DNA of 64,000 bases from Occultella glacieicola (GCF_004353825.1 NZ_SMNA01000004.1:434001-498000), one strand, 5' to 3'. Counted from the first letter of the stretch, positions 8,396 to 19,059 are shown. Made by a program: numbers and translations. The notes: a model not told the origin generated them from the letters alone.

Positions 8396-9748
8396 GGACT
8401 TCGTCATCCGGAACGAGGCCTCGACCTGCCACAGATGGTGGTAGGCGGCGATCACCGCGGCTGCGGGCAAGGTCTCGGGGTCCAGGTTCGTCACGTAGCC
8501 CTTGAGGCCGGCGAGTTGCCGGGCCCGGTCGATAGTGGCCTGGTCGAGTTCCTTGGCCGCGCCGGTGACCTTCAAGAACCGGGCCTTGCGCATCGGAACC
8601 TCACCCGCGGCGCTCCTCTCGGCCTTGGCGATCATCAGGTTGATGTTGCGGTCATCACGCTTCTGCCGTTTGAACGACCACTGGTAGGCGATCCGCCGTT
8701 CCCGCGCCGCCTGCCCGGTGCCCATCACCCGGGTCGACTCCAGGACCTGCCCGTCGGTGAAGTAGTTCCCGTGACGCTCGAAATGGTCGGCCAGGTCGTA
8801 GGGGGCTTCGTCAGCCTCGAGCCGACGATGAAGGAGAACCCGGCTTCCTCTAACGCGTTCAGGTTCCCGGCCGAGAGCATCCCGGCATCGGCCACGACGA
8901 CCATGTCGGTCACCCCGTGCCGTTCCTGGAACGCGGTCAACACCGGGACCAGGGTGGTCGTCTCGGCCTTGTTGCCCTCGAACAGGTGCACCTCCAACGG
9001 GAACCCGCCTGGGTCGACCATCAACCCGACCTGGACCTGCGGGTCGACCCGATGCTCTTTACTCATCCCGAGCCGGCGCAACTCGTCCTCGTCGGCGTTC
9101 TCGAAGTGCAACGTCGTCACGTCATACATGATCAACGCCGCTGTGCCGGTGGTCCTGGCCGAGTGCGCCAGACACGCGGTCGCGAGCATGTCGCGGTAAT
9201 CACGCTCCCGGCTACGTTTGAGCGAGTTGTAGAGGGTGTTCAGGTGCGGGGCCGGCGCCGATCTCCTCCAAGTCCCGGATGGTGTCCGCTTTCGAGGTGG
9301 GCTCGATGATCCGGGCCAGCACCAACGACCGGAACGCCTCGTCACCGAGTTTCTCAAACCCGAGGAGCCGGTAGGCGTCGATCAGCACCTCCCACAAGAT
9401 CCGGCTCGACGAGGACCGCACCAACGCCTCGAGGTCGCCGGCTCCTGCTCGTGGTCCAAGCCAAGATCGAGTTCATCCTGACCCGCGTTCAGGGCCTCCC
9501 GCGCGGCCTGCAGCAACACGGCCAACTCCAGCTCGTCGTGGGCTGACCCGACGTGCTCGACGATCCGCCGCACCCACCGCGCTTCTCCACGATCTGCACC
9601 GCGGTGGCACCCGAGGACGTCTTCACTCGACGGATGTAAGGAGCCACATCCTGAGATTGCCCGCCCGGCTAGTGCCCCGAGACAACTCAAGCCAACCCCC
9701 TGACCAGCACAAACACCCCGAGCGTCACCAGCACCTGTGGAACTCAGG
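8396..9748 (-). mobile_element. IS1634-family element, decayed, 3' end deleted
   Basis: Left end CCTGAGTTCCAC at 9748. The transposase starts at about 9647 (YIRRVKTSSGATAVQI, YDVTTLHFE, VVVADAGM, GLKGYVTN, LWQVEASFRMTKS), is broken by several frameshifts and is fused to the SDR tail. Confidence 0.88.
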
Positions 9749-10213
9749 TCGGAGCCGGCCAGGGAGGAGATGTTGATGATGCGCCCGCCCTGGCCGAGGT
9801 GCTTCAGGGTGGCGCGGCTGACGTAGAACGTCGAGGAGACGTTCACCCGCCAGACGCCGTCTCAGTGCGCGTCGGAGGTCTCCGCGATTGGGTGGCGGCC
9901 GACGAGTCCGCCGGAGTTGTTGACGACCACGTCCAGACCGCCGAGGCGCTCGGCGAGGAGGTCGACGGCGGCGGTCACCTGCTCGCTGTGGGTGGCGTCG
10001 AACCGCAGGCCGAGCACGTCGAAACCCCTCGTCGGCTAATTGGGCGACGGCGTCGTCGGCGGACCGGGAGTAAGTGGTGAGGGCGACGCGGGCTCCTGCG
10101 GCGGCGAAGCGGCGGACGATGCCGAGCCCGATGCCGACGCCACCGCCGGTGACGATGGCGCGTCGCCCCTCGAGCGTGCGGGGCAGGGGCGGGTTGCTGG
10201 TGTCGGCGGTCAG
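9749..10213 (-). pseudogene. SDR pseudogene, 5' fragment
   Basis: TGGGVGIG, NNSGG and IINISSLAG, with a frameshift near 10025 and an in-frame TGA at 9862-9864. Confidence 0.85.
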
Positions 10214-10236
10214 GGATCGAAGGAACCGATGTCGCG

Positions 10237-10258
10237 ACCTGTCAGATATCTGATAGGT
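10237..10258. promoter_or_regulatory. FadR/GntR-type operator palindrome overlapping a -10 element
   Basis: ACCTGTCAGATATCTGATAGGT has one mismatched pair. TAGGTT lies 7 nt before the GTG of the regulator, suggesting a leaderless transcript. Confidence 0.7.
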
Positions 10259-10266
10259 TCCCGAAC

Positions 10267-10944
10267 GTGGCAAAGGCGAACCTGTTCGAGACCGTGCAGG
10301 CCCAGCTCCTGGAGTACATCACCGAGCAGGGCCTGGGCCCTGATGACCCCATGCCCTCCGAGGGGGAGCTCGCCGTCCAGCTGGACGTCAGCCGCGGGTC
10401 CCTGCGCGAGGCCACCCGCAGCCTGCAGTCGATGGGGGTGCTCTACGCGAAGGCCGGCAAGGGCTTGTTCCTGCAGGACTTCTCCCTCGGCCCGGTCATC
10501 CGGCTGCTGCCGTACCGGATGATCGCGAACGGGGCGAAGCTGAACGAGCTGCTGGAACTGCGGGCGGCGCTCGAGCGTGGCCTGATCCCGAAGGTCGCCG
10601 CGCGGATCTCCGAGGAGACGCTGGCCCGCCTGGACGCGATCGTGGACGAGATGGTCGGGCTCGAGGAGCAGGGCCTGGCATTCCCGGAGCAGGACCGGCT
10701 GTTCCACCGCACCATGTACGAGGCCATCGGCAACGACCTGATCCTCGACGTCCTGGACATGTTCTGGACGCTCATGTCCCGCATGCAGGCCGAACTCCCG
10801 CCGCTGCAGTACCACGATCTCGCCGACCGGCACCGCGCCATCGTGGACGCCCTGCGCTCCGGCGGCGACGCCGTCTCCGCGCTCGACCAGCACTTCGTCG
10901 ACATCGACTACCGGCTCGATCGGCTCATGCGGCCCACCGACTGA
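10267..10944 (+). CDS. GntR/FadR-family transcriptional regulator
   Basis: PSEGELA..VSRGSLREA wHTH; FCD domain DRLFH. Confidence 0.92.
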   Translation: MAKANLFETVQAQLLEYITEQGLGPDDPMPSEGELAVQLDVSRGSLREATRSLQSMGVLYAKAGKGLFLQDFSLGPVIRLLPYRMIANGAKLNELLELRAALERGLIPKVAARISEETLARLDAIVDEMVGLEEQGLAFPEQDRLFHRTMYEAIGNDLILDVLDMFWTLMSRMQAELPPLQYHDLADRHRAIVDALRSGGDAVSALDQHFVDIDYRLDRLMRPTD

Positions 10945-11014
10945 GCGGTCGGCATCACCACCCGCCGGCCGCATTCGGGGCCGGGCAGAAATCCCAGGAG
11001 GGATCGCACCACCC

Positions 11015-11923
11015 ATGACCCAACCACTCGAGCGCGCGCACGGCATCGTGCCCGCGCTGCTCACGCCGTATCTGGACGACGGCGCACCGAACCTTCCCGA
11101 ACTGGGTCGCCTCACCGCGGCGCTGCTCGAGCGCGGCGTGGCGGGCTTCTACGTCGGCGGCAGCACCGGCGACGGCGTGATGCAGTCACCCGAGGAACGG
11201 CTCGCGTGCATCGAGGTGGTGGTCGCCGAGGCCGGCGGGCAGGTGCCGGTGATCGCCCACATCGGCACGAACGCCACCCGGCTCTCCCTGGACCTGGCCA
11301 ACCGCGCCGCGGCGGCCGGGGTCGACGCCGTCTCGGCGATCCTGCCGAGCGTGCCGCTCACCCCTGCCGAGCAGTTGGACTACTTCCGCACCCTGGCCCG
11401 CGGCTGCGAGGTGCCGTTCGTCGCCTACAACTTCCCCGGCCGCACCGGGGTGAACCTGAGCGTGGAGTTCTTCGCCGAGCTCGCCCAGGAGCCGAACGTG
11501 GCCGGGGTGAAGTTCACGTCCCTGGACATGTTCGGGCTGCAGCAGCTCGCCCGGATCGGCGACGGCCGGCTGGCCGTCTGGAACGGGCACGACGAGGTGG
11601 CCCTCGCCGGCTTCGTCTCCGGCGCCCGCGGCGCCATCGGCTCCACGTTCAACGCCGCCCCCGAGCTGTTCGTGCGCCTGCTCGAGCAGTTCCGCCGCGG
11701 CGACTACGACTCCGCCCGGGCCACCCAGGCCCTCGTCTCGAATTACGTCCGCGACCTCGTCGCCACCGGGGTGCTGCCCACCCTGCGCGAACTGCTGCGC
11801 CTCCAGGGGTTCGCCATGGGGCCCTCGCGCCACCCCCTGCACGACCTCGACGCCGACGGCGCCGCACGGGTGCGCGCCCTGTTCGACGCGCACCCCGAAC
11901 TCTTCACCCCATCCGGACACTGA
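11015..11923 (+). CDS. DHDPS/N-acetylneuraminate lyase-family aldolase
   Basis: PALLTP, GGSTG, AYNFP, Schiff-base GVKFTS, GAIGSTFN. Confidence 0.88.
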   Translation: MTQPLERAHGIVPALLTPYLDDGAPNLPELGRLTAALLERGVAGFYVGGSTGDGVMQSPEERLACIEVVVAEAGGQVPVIAHIGTNATRLSLDLANRAAAAGVDAVSAILPSVPLTPAEQLDYFRTLARGCEVPFVAYNFPGRTGVNLSVEFFAELAQEPNVAGVKFTSLDMFGLQQLARIGDGRLAVWNGHDEVALAGFVSGARGAIGSTFNAAPELFVRLLEQFRRGDYDSARATQALVSNYVRDLVATGVLPTLRELLRLQGFAMGPSRHPLHDLDADGAARVRALFDAHPELFTPSGH

Positions 11924-11966
11924 CTCACCGGCGCAGTTCGCTGCCCACCGGAGCAAAGGAGCTGTT

Positions 11967-13232
11967 GTGAACATCGTCGATCACCTCAACCTCACCCGCC
12001 GGCGCCTGCTCATCGGTGGGCTCGGCGCGGCCGGCCTCGGCGCCGTCGCCGCGTGCACCCCCGGCGGCGGCAACGCCGGCGAGGAGGCCGAACAGACCGG
12101 GGACGGCTCCAGCCTGACCTTCTGGCACTACTACGGCGGCGGCGCCACCGCACCGATCGAGGCGCTGCTGGCCCGGTACACCGAGGAGACCGGCGTCGAG
12201 GTCACGCCGCGGCTGATCCCGTTCGGGGACTTCAACCGGACCCTGCTGCAGTCGGCCACCTCCGGCGACCTGCCGGACATCGCGCTCGTGAACGCCTTCG
12301 ACACGGCGCTGTTCGCCGACTCCGGCATGATCGTCGACCTCTCCGACCGGGTGGCGGACTGGGGCGAGAGCGATCAGTACTTCTCCGGGCCGATGGCCAC
12401 GACGATGTTCGACGGCGGAACGTACGCGGTCCCGCACGTCGCCGACACCTACTCGCTCTGGGTCAACAACGCCACGCTCGCGGCGGCCGGGCAGCAGGCA
12501 CCCACCACCTGGACCGAGGTCGAGGCCGTGGCCGCCGCCGTCACCGAGGGCCAGAGCTTCGGGCTCGTGTTCTGCGGCATCGAGGGCGTCGAGGGGTCCA
12601 CGGCGTGGATCCTGCGGTTCCTGGCCGCCGGCGGCGACATTCGCGAGCTCGACTCCGACGCCGGGCTCGCCGCGATGGAGTCCTTCGTCCGGTTGAAGGA
12701 TGCCGGCGCGATCTCCGAGGGCGTGCTCACCTGGAACGAGGACGACGTGACCCTCCAGTTCCAGAACGGCACCGCCGCGATGATGATCAACAGCGCGTCC
12801 TACCTGTCCTCGCTCGCCGAGGCCGGCGACCTCGACTTCAGCGTGGTGCCGATGCCCTCCGACGTCGACCAGTTCTCGTTCCTGTCCGCGGAGAACCTCA
12901 CGATCACGAAGGACTCCGCGAACGCGGACGCCGCCTGGGAGCTGATCACCTGGATGCAGCAGCCGGACGTGATGAACGAGTACCTGCCGGAGCGCAACAA
13001 GCTCCCGGTCCGCTCCGACACCGCCGAGGCGGACATCTGGGCGGACGAGACCCGGCAGGTGTTCATCTCCCAGCTGGACGTCGCCTGGGCCCCGGACGAG
13101 GAGGTCGCCCCGGTCTCCGCGGAGATCTTCACCGGGATCCAGAACGCCCTGCAGGTCAGCCTGTCCGGGTCCGGCGCACCCGCCGACGCGCTCGCGGCCG
13201 CGCAGGCCACGGCGGACGAGGCGCTGGCCTGA
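11967..13232 (+). CDS. Sugar ABC transporter solute-binding lipoprotein (Tat signal)
   Basis: TRRRLL plus VAAC lipobox; LTFWHY, GDLPDI. Confidence 0.92.
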   Translation: MNIVDHLNLTRRRLLIGGLGAAGLGAVAACTPGGGNAGEEAEQTGDGSSLTFWHYYGGGATAPIEALLARYTEETGVEVTPRLIPFGDFNRTLLQSATSGDLPDIALVNAFDTALFADSGMIVDLSDRVADWGESDQYFSGPMATTMFDGGTYAVPHVADTYSLWVNNATLAAAGQQAPTTWTEVEAVAAAVTEGQSFGLVFCGIEGVEGSTAWILRFLAAGGDIRELDSDAGLAAMESFVRLKDAGAISEGVLTWNEDDVTLQFQNGTAAMMINSASYLSSLAEAGDLDFSVVPMPSDVDQFSFLSAENLTITKDSANADAAWELITWMQQPDVMNEYLPERNKLPVRSDTAEADIWADETRQVFISQLDVAWAPDEEVAPVSAEIFTGIQNALQVSLSGSGAPADALAAAQATADEALA

Positions 13233-13236
13233 GGCC

Positions 13237-14178
13237 ATGACGAGCACCGTGCAGACGGCGAGGGCCACTACGCAGGCGAGCCCCCGCCGTCGACCCCGAC
13301 CCAAGCGGCACTGGAGCCGGTACGCCTACATCGCCCCCGCCGTCGTCTTCGTGGCCGCGACCACGCTCTACCCGCTGTACTACAACATCTCGCTGAGCCT
13401 GTACGACGCCCCGATCCAGAAGTTCCTGGCCGGCACCATTGAGTTCGTCGGGCTCGCGAACTACGCCGAGGAACTGCGCAACCCGGAGCTGTGGGCAGGG
13501 CTGCGGGTGTCGCTGATCTACACGGTCGCCACGATCGCGCTGATGTACGTGATCGGGCTCGCGCTCGCGGTCTTCTTCAACCGGAAGTTCGTGGGCCGCA
13601 ACGCCGTGCGGGCGGCGATCTTCCTGCCCTACATCCTGCCGTCGGTGGTGGCCGCGAACGTGTGGCGGTGGATCCTGGACGGGTCCTACGGGCTGGCCAA
13701 CCACGCCCTGATGTCGCTCGGGATCATCGACGCCCCGGTGTTCTGGCTCGGCCAGGGCACCTCGGCGCTGGTCGCGGTGGTGCTCGCGACCGGGTGGACG
13801 ATGGCGCCGTTCGCGATGCTGCTCCTGCTCGCCGGGCTGCAGAACATCCCGAAGGGCCTGTACGAGGCGGCGAGCCTGGACGGCGCCGGGCCGCTCACCC
13901 GGTTCCGGGCGATCACGCTGCCGCTGCTGCGACCGGTGTCCCTGGTGGTCGCGCTGCTCGGGTTCATCTACACGTTCCGCACCTTCGACACGATCTTCAT
14001 CATGACCAAGGGCGGCCCCGGGGATGCCACCACGGTGCTGCCGATCCTCGCCTACAACGAGGCGTTCGTGAACTTCGAGCTCGGCAGCGGCGCGACCATC
14101 AACACGCTGATGCTCGTCATCCCGACCGTGCTCGCCCTGTTCTACTTCCGCGCGACCCGGTCCGAGGACGCGCAGTGA
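13237..14178 (+). CDS. Carbohydrate ABC permease
   Basis: FVGLANY; EAA loop LYEAASLDGA; GGPG. Confidence 0.93.
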   Translation: MTSTVQTARATTQASPRRRPRPKRHWSRYAYIAPAVVFVAATTLYPLYYNISLSLYDAPIQKFLAGTIEFVGLANYAEELRNPELWAGLRVSLIYTVATIALMYVIGLALAVFFNRKFVGRNAVRAAIFLPYILPSVVAANVWRWILDGSYGLANHALMSLGIIDAPVFWLGQGTSALVAVVLATGWTMAPFAMLLLLAGLQNIPKGLYEAASLDGAGPLTRFRAITLPLLRPVSLVVALLGFIYTFRTFDTIFIMTKGGPGDATTVLPILAYNEAFVNFELGSGATINTLMLVIPTVLALFYFRATRSEDAQ

Positions 14179-14999
14179 GGACCCGAAACCTCGGCCTCTC
14201 CGCGGCCGGCCTGGTGATCGCCGTCATCTACCTGATCCCGGTGTACTGGATGGTGGCGACGTCGCTGAAGGAGACCGGCGACGTGTTCAACTCGCCGCCG
14301 GACCTGGTGCCGTCGCCACCCACCCTCGCCGCGTACTCCGACGCCGTGTTCGGTGACTCCGCGGTGCTCCAGGGCATCTGGTCCTCGACGATCATCACGA
14401 TCCCGACGCTGCTGCTCACCCTCGCGCTCGCGGTGCCGGCCGCGTACGGGCTGGCCCGGTTCAGCCTACGCATCAACGGCATCGTGATGCTGCTCATGCT
14501 CGCCGCGCAGATGCTGCCCACGATCAGCCTCGCACTGCCCATGTTCGCGATCTTCAGCGACTACGGTCTCGTGGACACCTACGCCGGGCTGATCATCGCG
14601 AACACCTCGCTCGCGCTGCCGTTCGCCGTGGTGATGCTGCGCCCGTACATGCTCGCGATCCCGCAGGACCTGATGGACGCCGGCCTGCTCGACGGGTGCA
14701 CCGGGTTCCGGGCGTTCGTCAAGATCGGGCTGCCACTGGTCCAGCCCGGCCTGGTCATGGTCGCCACCCTCACGTTCGTGATGACCTGGGGCGAGTTCGT
14801 GTTCGGCCTGACCCTGGCCACCAGCGACGCGATCCAGCCGATCACCGTGGTGCTGAACCGGTTCGTCGCGCAGTTCGGCACCCAGTGGACGAACCTGATG
14901 GCCGTCTCGACCATCATCGCGATCCCGATCGTCGTCATCTTCGTGCTGCTGCAGCGGTACGTGGTGGCCGGGATCTCCGAGGGTGGGATCAAGGACTGA
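14175..14999 (+). CDS. Carbohydrate ABC permease
   Basis: GTGA overlap; IPQDLMDAGLLDG, TWGEF, QRYVVAG. Confidence 0.92.
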   Translation: MRTRNLGLSAAGLVIAVIYLIPVYWMVATSLKETGDVFNSPPDLVPSPPTLAAYSDAVFGDSAVLQGIWSSTIITIPTLLLTLALAVPAAYGLARFSLRINGIVMLLMLAAQMLPTISLALPMFAIFSDYGLVDTYAGLIIANTSLALPFAVVMLRPYMLAIPQDLMDAGLLDGCTGFRAFVKIGLPLVQPGLVMVATLTFVMTWGEFVFGLTLATSDAIQPITVVLNRFVAQFGTQWTNLMAVSTIIAIPIVVIFVLLQRYVVAGISEGGIKD

Positions 15000-15919
15000 T
15001 GGCGCTGACCGCCGGGGAGCTGCGCGGGGTGTGGGGCACCCTGCTACTGCCTCTGGAGCCCGACGACGCGATCGACCCCGGCCGCCTCCGCACCGAGGTC
15101 GACTATCTGGCCGGCAGCGACCTGCACGGCGTCTACGCGCACGGCACCGCGGGGGAGTTCCACACGTTGACCGACGACGAGTACGACCAGGTCAACGACA
15201 TCCTCGCCGAGGCGTGCACCGCCGTCGGCAAGCCGTTCCAGCTCGGAGCCAGCCACCCGCTGGCGCACGCGTCTCTCGAGCGGGTGCGCCGCGCCCGCGA
15301 CCTCGGGCCGGCCGCGATCCAGGTGATCCTGCCGGACTGGATCCCGCTCAGCGGGGCCGAGGTGCTGCGCTTCCTCGACCGGGTGGCGAAGGTGGCCGCA
15401 CCCGTCCCACTCGTGCTCTACAGCCCACAGCACGCGAAGACCCAGGTCAGCCCGGACCTGCTCGCGCGCATCGTCGCCGAGGTACCCGCCGTCATCGGCA
15501 TCAAGACGCTGGACCGCGACGACGCCTGGTTCGCGCGGATGCGGGCCCTGGACTGCGCGCTGTTCGTGCCCGGGCACCGGCTCGCCTCCGGCGTCGCCCG
15601 CGGCGCGAGCGGCAGTTACTCCAACATCGCCGCGCTCTCGCCGTATGGTGCGGCCGCGTGGTGGCGGCAGATCGAGACAGACCCCGACGGCGCAACTGAC
15701 GTCGAGCGTCGTATCGCCGAGTTCTTCGCGGCGCACGTTGCGCCCCTGGCCGCCCGCGGGCTCGGCGACCCGGCGCTCGACAAGTTCCTGGCGGCCGTGG
15801 GCGGGTGGGCGGACGTCGGCACCCAGGTGAGGTGGCCGTGGGCGGGTGCCGAGGAGGCGGCGGTGGCGCGGGCTCGGGTGGACGCGCGGGCGCTACTGCC
15901 GGAAGTCCTGATCGGCTGA
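14999..15919 (+). CDS. DHDPS-family aldolase/dehydratase
   Basis: GTAGEF, LVLYSP, IGIKT; TGATG overlap with the permease. Confidence 0.85.
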   Translation: MALTAGELRGVWGTLLLPLEPDDAIDPGRLRTEVDYLAGSDLHGVYAHGTAGEFHTLTDDEYDQVNDILAEACTAVGKPFQLGASHPLAHASLERVRRARDLGPAAIQVILPDWIPLSGAEVLRFLDRVAKVAAPVPLVLYSPQHAKTQVSPDLLARIVAEVPAVIGIKTLDRDDAWFARMRALDCALFVPGHRLASGVARGASGSYSNIAALSPYGAAAWWRQIETDPDGATDVERRIAEFFAAHVAPLAARGLGDPALDKFLAAVGGWADVGTQVRWPWAGAEEAAVARARVDARALLPEVLIG

Positions 15920-15940
15920 GCGCGGTATTGGCAGACGCAC

Positions 15941-17968
15941 CTACCCACCGCTGCCACCGACCCAGCCGTCGAGCAGCTCGGACAACTCGGTGCGCTGAGC
16001 ACCCGCCGGTAGCCGCTCCAGCCCCGACCGCAGGATCTGCGCGACCTCCGGGGCCTGTGGCAGGAACCGCCACCGCGTCAGACGCAGCTGGCTTTCGATC
16101 GACTTCCACCGGATCCGACCGTCCGCTGCCGGGACCCACTTGGCCGTGGCGAGCTCGGCATTCATGCGCAGCGCCTCGGCGACCTCGGACGTGAACTGCA
16201 CGGGCCGTCCGGAATCGATCTCCTTGATGACCTCGATCATGCGGTCCTTCGTCATCGGGACCCCTTCCCCGGTCCCCTCCTTCTCCGTGTAGTGGTCGTC
16301 GACGTCGCGTCGCCGGGTCCGCTGGACGATCTTGTACGTGCCGGGCGAGCCCGTCCGGATCGCCTGGTAGCCCTTCACGCCGGAGAACTTCGTTGCGATC
16401 GTGGCGTCGAGCAGCGGGATGAGGGTGGCCACCGGGGTGTCGCGGCGGTCGTGCTCCTCGGTCACCAGTGCCGCCATCGCCCGAGCCTGCTCCCAGGAGC
16501 GGTCCGCGGGGCTCAGGTCCTCGTCGTCGCCGTCCCGGCGCTCGTCGCCGTCGCGTCCCCGGTCGCGCCGGCCGGGCAGCTTCTTCGCGACGTCCAGCAA
16601 CGCGTCCAGGACACGCATGAGCTTGGGGAGGTACTTGCCGATCTTCGCCAGCACCTTGGCCGCCAGTGAGGCACCGCCGGTGAAGATCGCGAGGATGACC
16701 TCCAAGGCGATCGCGCCGACGAGGTAGCCCTTGAAGAACCACTGTTGGTAGGCGTCCGGGTGGTTCCATTTCCGCTTGAAGTCGGCGAACGCACCCTGAC
16801 CCATCGTGACGAGTTCGGCGACGATCCGCTGGGCGTCCTCCAGGGTCAGGCCGACGATCGTGTCGTAGATGTCCGAGATCGCCGCGAACAGGGAACCGTC
16901 GAGGGCACCGCGGATCGTGTCCACGATCCCCGCGGCCAGGTCCCACAGGCCCGTGAGCGTGTCCCAGATGGAGCCGAACAGCCCGGCGACCTGACCGGCG
17001 GTGAAGCCCGCCAGGGTCTTGCCGACGTCGACCGCCGCGTTGATCCAGCCCGGCCGCGAGCCGATGACACCCGAAGCCTGGAGCGCGCGGACGTACGCGG
17101 TCGAGGGGAGCCAGATGTTGTGTCCGGTGAGCACGATCGAGCCGTGGTAGATCGCGAAGTTGTCGATCATCCACGGGTCCAGCCAGGCCTTGAGCGGGTT
17201 CTCCTCCTTGTACTTCTCCGCCGCGTCCCAGTCCACGAACACGCCCTTGCGGCCGCTGTTGGCCACCACCACGGCGGCGGCGAGCGTGGTGTAGTCGTTG
17301 CCGGTCTCGAGCTTCCACAGCCCCCTGTCGACGTACTCGTTCTTCAGGATGGTGGTCAGGTTGTCCTCGGTGATGTGGTGGATCCGCGCCTGGCTGTCCG
17401 GCGGGTCGAGCGCGAGGAAGTCCTTGTTGATCCACCCGACCGGCCCCGAACGAGCGACGACGAAGGAGAAGGCGCCGGTGGTGTCGAGGGCCTGCACCTG
17501 CACGTCGGCGCCGTACCGCACCTTGGCGATGGACGGGAGCGCGCCGTCGGGACGAGCGCGCAGGTTGACACCGGAGTCCCGCGCGATCTCGTACTGGTCC
17601 CCGGGCGCGGAGACCTGCCCGGGCTTGTTGACGCTCTGACCGCGGAACGGGTCGAGCTCGGGCGCATCCGCCCGTTGGACCGGCTGCCCGACCGTCTGGA
17701 TCGTGGCGACGTCGGACCTGCGCTCGGCCACGTGACCGCCCCGGACCGGGAGCGGCCGACCCGGGGGTGGACGACCACCCGGGGCGAGCGCCAGAGCGAC
17801 CGCGCGGTTGCCGGCCGCGCGTTGCAGGGCGGCGATCGAGGCACCGCTGGGTGCCATCGCCGCGGCGGAGGTCGCCGCCGGAGCCGCGCGCCGAGCAGAG
17901 TCGGCGGGGTGCGCACGGTCTGCTCCACCCCGCGCCGACTCGGGCTGTGATGTGCGGGAGGTCCCCAT
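15941..17968 (-). CDS. Polymorphic-toxin-like protein: LQRxAGNxAV leader, SH3b domain, hydrophobic region and unknown C-terminal domain
   Basis: ALQRAAGNRAV and PVQR leader; VNLRARP...GWINKDFL (SH3b); FLVGAIALEVILAIFTGG hydrophobic helix; GAGG RBS before ATG 17968. Confidence 0.55.
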   Translation of the reverse strand: MGTSRTSQPESARGGADRAHPADSARRAAPAATSAAAMAPSGASIAALQRAAGNRAVALALAPGGRPPPGRPLPVRGGHVAERRSDVATIQTVGQPVQRADAPELDPFRGQSVNKPGQVSAPGDQYEIARDSGVNLRARPDGALPSIAKVRYGADVQVQALDTTGAFSFVVARSGPVGWINKDFLALDPPDSQARIHHITEDNLTTILKNEYVDRGLWKLETGNDYTTLAAAVVVANSGRKGVFVDWDAAEKYKEENPLKAWLDPWMIDNFAIYHGSIVLTGHNIWLPSTAYVRALQASGVIGSRPGWINAAVDVGKTLAGFTAGQVAGLFGSIWDTLTGLWDLAAGIVDTIRGALDGSLFAAISDIYDTIVGLTLEDAQRIVAELVTMGQGAFADFKRKWNHPDAYQQWFFKGYLVGAIALEVILAIFTGGASLAAKVLAKIGKYLPKLMRVLDALLDVAKKLPGRRDRGRDGDERRDGDDEDLSPADRSWEQARAMAALVTEEHDRRDTPVATLIPLLDATIATKFSGVKGYQAIRTGSPGTYKIVQRTRRRDVDDHYTEKEGTGEGVPMTKDRMIEVIKEIDSGRPVQFTSEVAEALRMNAELATAKWVPAADGRIRWKSIESQLRLTRWRFLPQAPEVAQILRSGLERLPAGAQRTELSELLDGWVGGSGG

Positions 17969-18240
17969 TGCCTCACCCGTTCCCGCCGACAACGGCGGCC
18001 GGACACCTTCGCCCGGCGAAGGACTCAAGTGTCGTCCGGCCGGTGCCGTCCCGTTCTGCACGATCGGGCAGAGCGCGAGGCACGATCACCTACACGGCCG
18101 GTCTTCGCGCTGTCGGGGCTCTGTTCGCCTCGCGTCAGCGGGCCGCCTGGGCTGACGTCTGCCGGCGGGGTGTGCAGCTGCTTCTCGGCTGATGGTCACG
18201 TGGTTGTCGTGCTCGGCACCGACCTTGGAGACTGGACCGC

Positions 18241-19059
18241 ATGACTGAGGACCGGGCGTTCCCCGAGCACATCTTCGACTCGTTGGGCGTCGACCCGACC
18301 ATGCTTGACGACCGGATCGGCGGCATGATCGGCGTGGCCGTGAAGCGGCCGGCCGACGGGCCGGTCACGGTGATGACGTTGGGAGCCTCGCGGCTGCCCA
18401 CCGACTCCGGTGAGAGCGTCGAACTGGCGGTCGAGGTGGTCGAGGGCCAGGAGGGCGCGGCCCGGATCGCGCTCGGGATCGTCTGCGACGACATGGCCTC
18501 GAACCGGCGGGTGCCCCCGGTGGGTTCGCCGTGGCGCAACGACGCCCCGTTCCTGAAGGGCACCGGGATCTCGGCGATCATGGTCACCCCGTCCCGCTGG
18601 GGTGCCTCCTTCGACGAGGTCCGGTCCGCCGACGGGACCGTGATCGGGCACGTGCGCACCCTGCGCCTGCTCACCGATGTGGAGGCGACGTTCGCCTCGG
18701 CGAAGGGCTGGGAGGCGCTGGTGGCGGCGGCCGGGTCCGTCGATGCGCTGTTGGACGTGACCAGGGCCGACGCCGTCGCCGACCCGGTTGGTGTGGCGGG
18801 CAACGCGCCGGTCTTCCTCTCGAAGCTGCACGCCGAGCACCCGCCCCGCTGGGTCACCTACACCGGCAGGGACCTGCAATCGGTCACCGGTCTGGAGTCC
18901 GATGAGTACATGAACGACTCCGCGAACCACGAGGTGTGGTCGGTCGACTCGTTCGTCGCCCGGTTCCCGTGGGTCGCGGGCTTCGTGCGGGAGGCCAGGC
19001 CGGGGCAGACGGCGTTGTTCACCGACGGGTCCGGGGCGTACGTGCTGGAGGACGACTAG
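18241..19059 (+). CDS. Suppressor-of-fused (SuFu)-like, immunity-type protein
   Basis: VMTLGAS..VELAV..PVGSPW..FL.GT.ISAI...LRLLTDVE pattern; GGAG RBS. Confidence 0.6.
   Translation: MTEDRAFPEHIFDSLGVDPTMLDDRIGGMIGVAVKRPADGPVTVMTLGASRLPTDSGESVELAVEVVEGQEGAARIALGIVCDDMASNRRVPPVGSPWRNDAPFLKGTGISAIMVTPSRWGASFDEVRSADGTVIGHVRTLRLLTDVEATFASAKGWEALVAAAGSVDALLDVTRADAVADPVGVAGNAPVFLSKLHAEHPPRWVTYTGRDLQSVTGLESDEYMNDSANHEVWSVDSFVARFPWVAGFVREARPGQTALFTDGSGAYVLEDD

Noticed and set aside
8261..8728. Apparent transposase-SDR fusion protein
   Set aside because: A deletion junction between two pseudogenes, lacking the catalytic parts of both.
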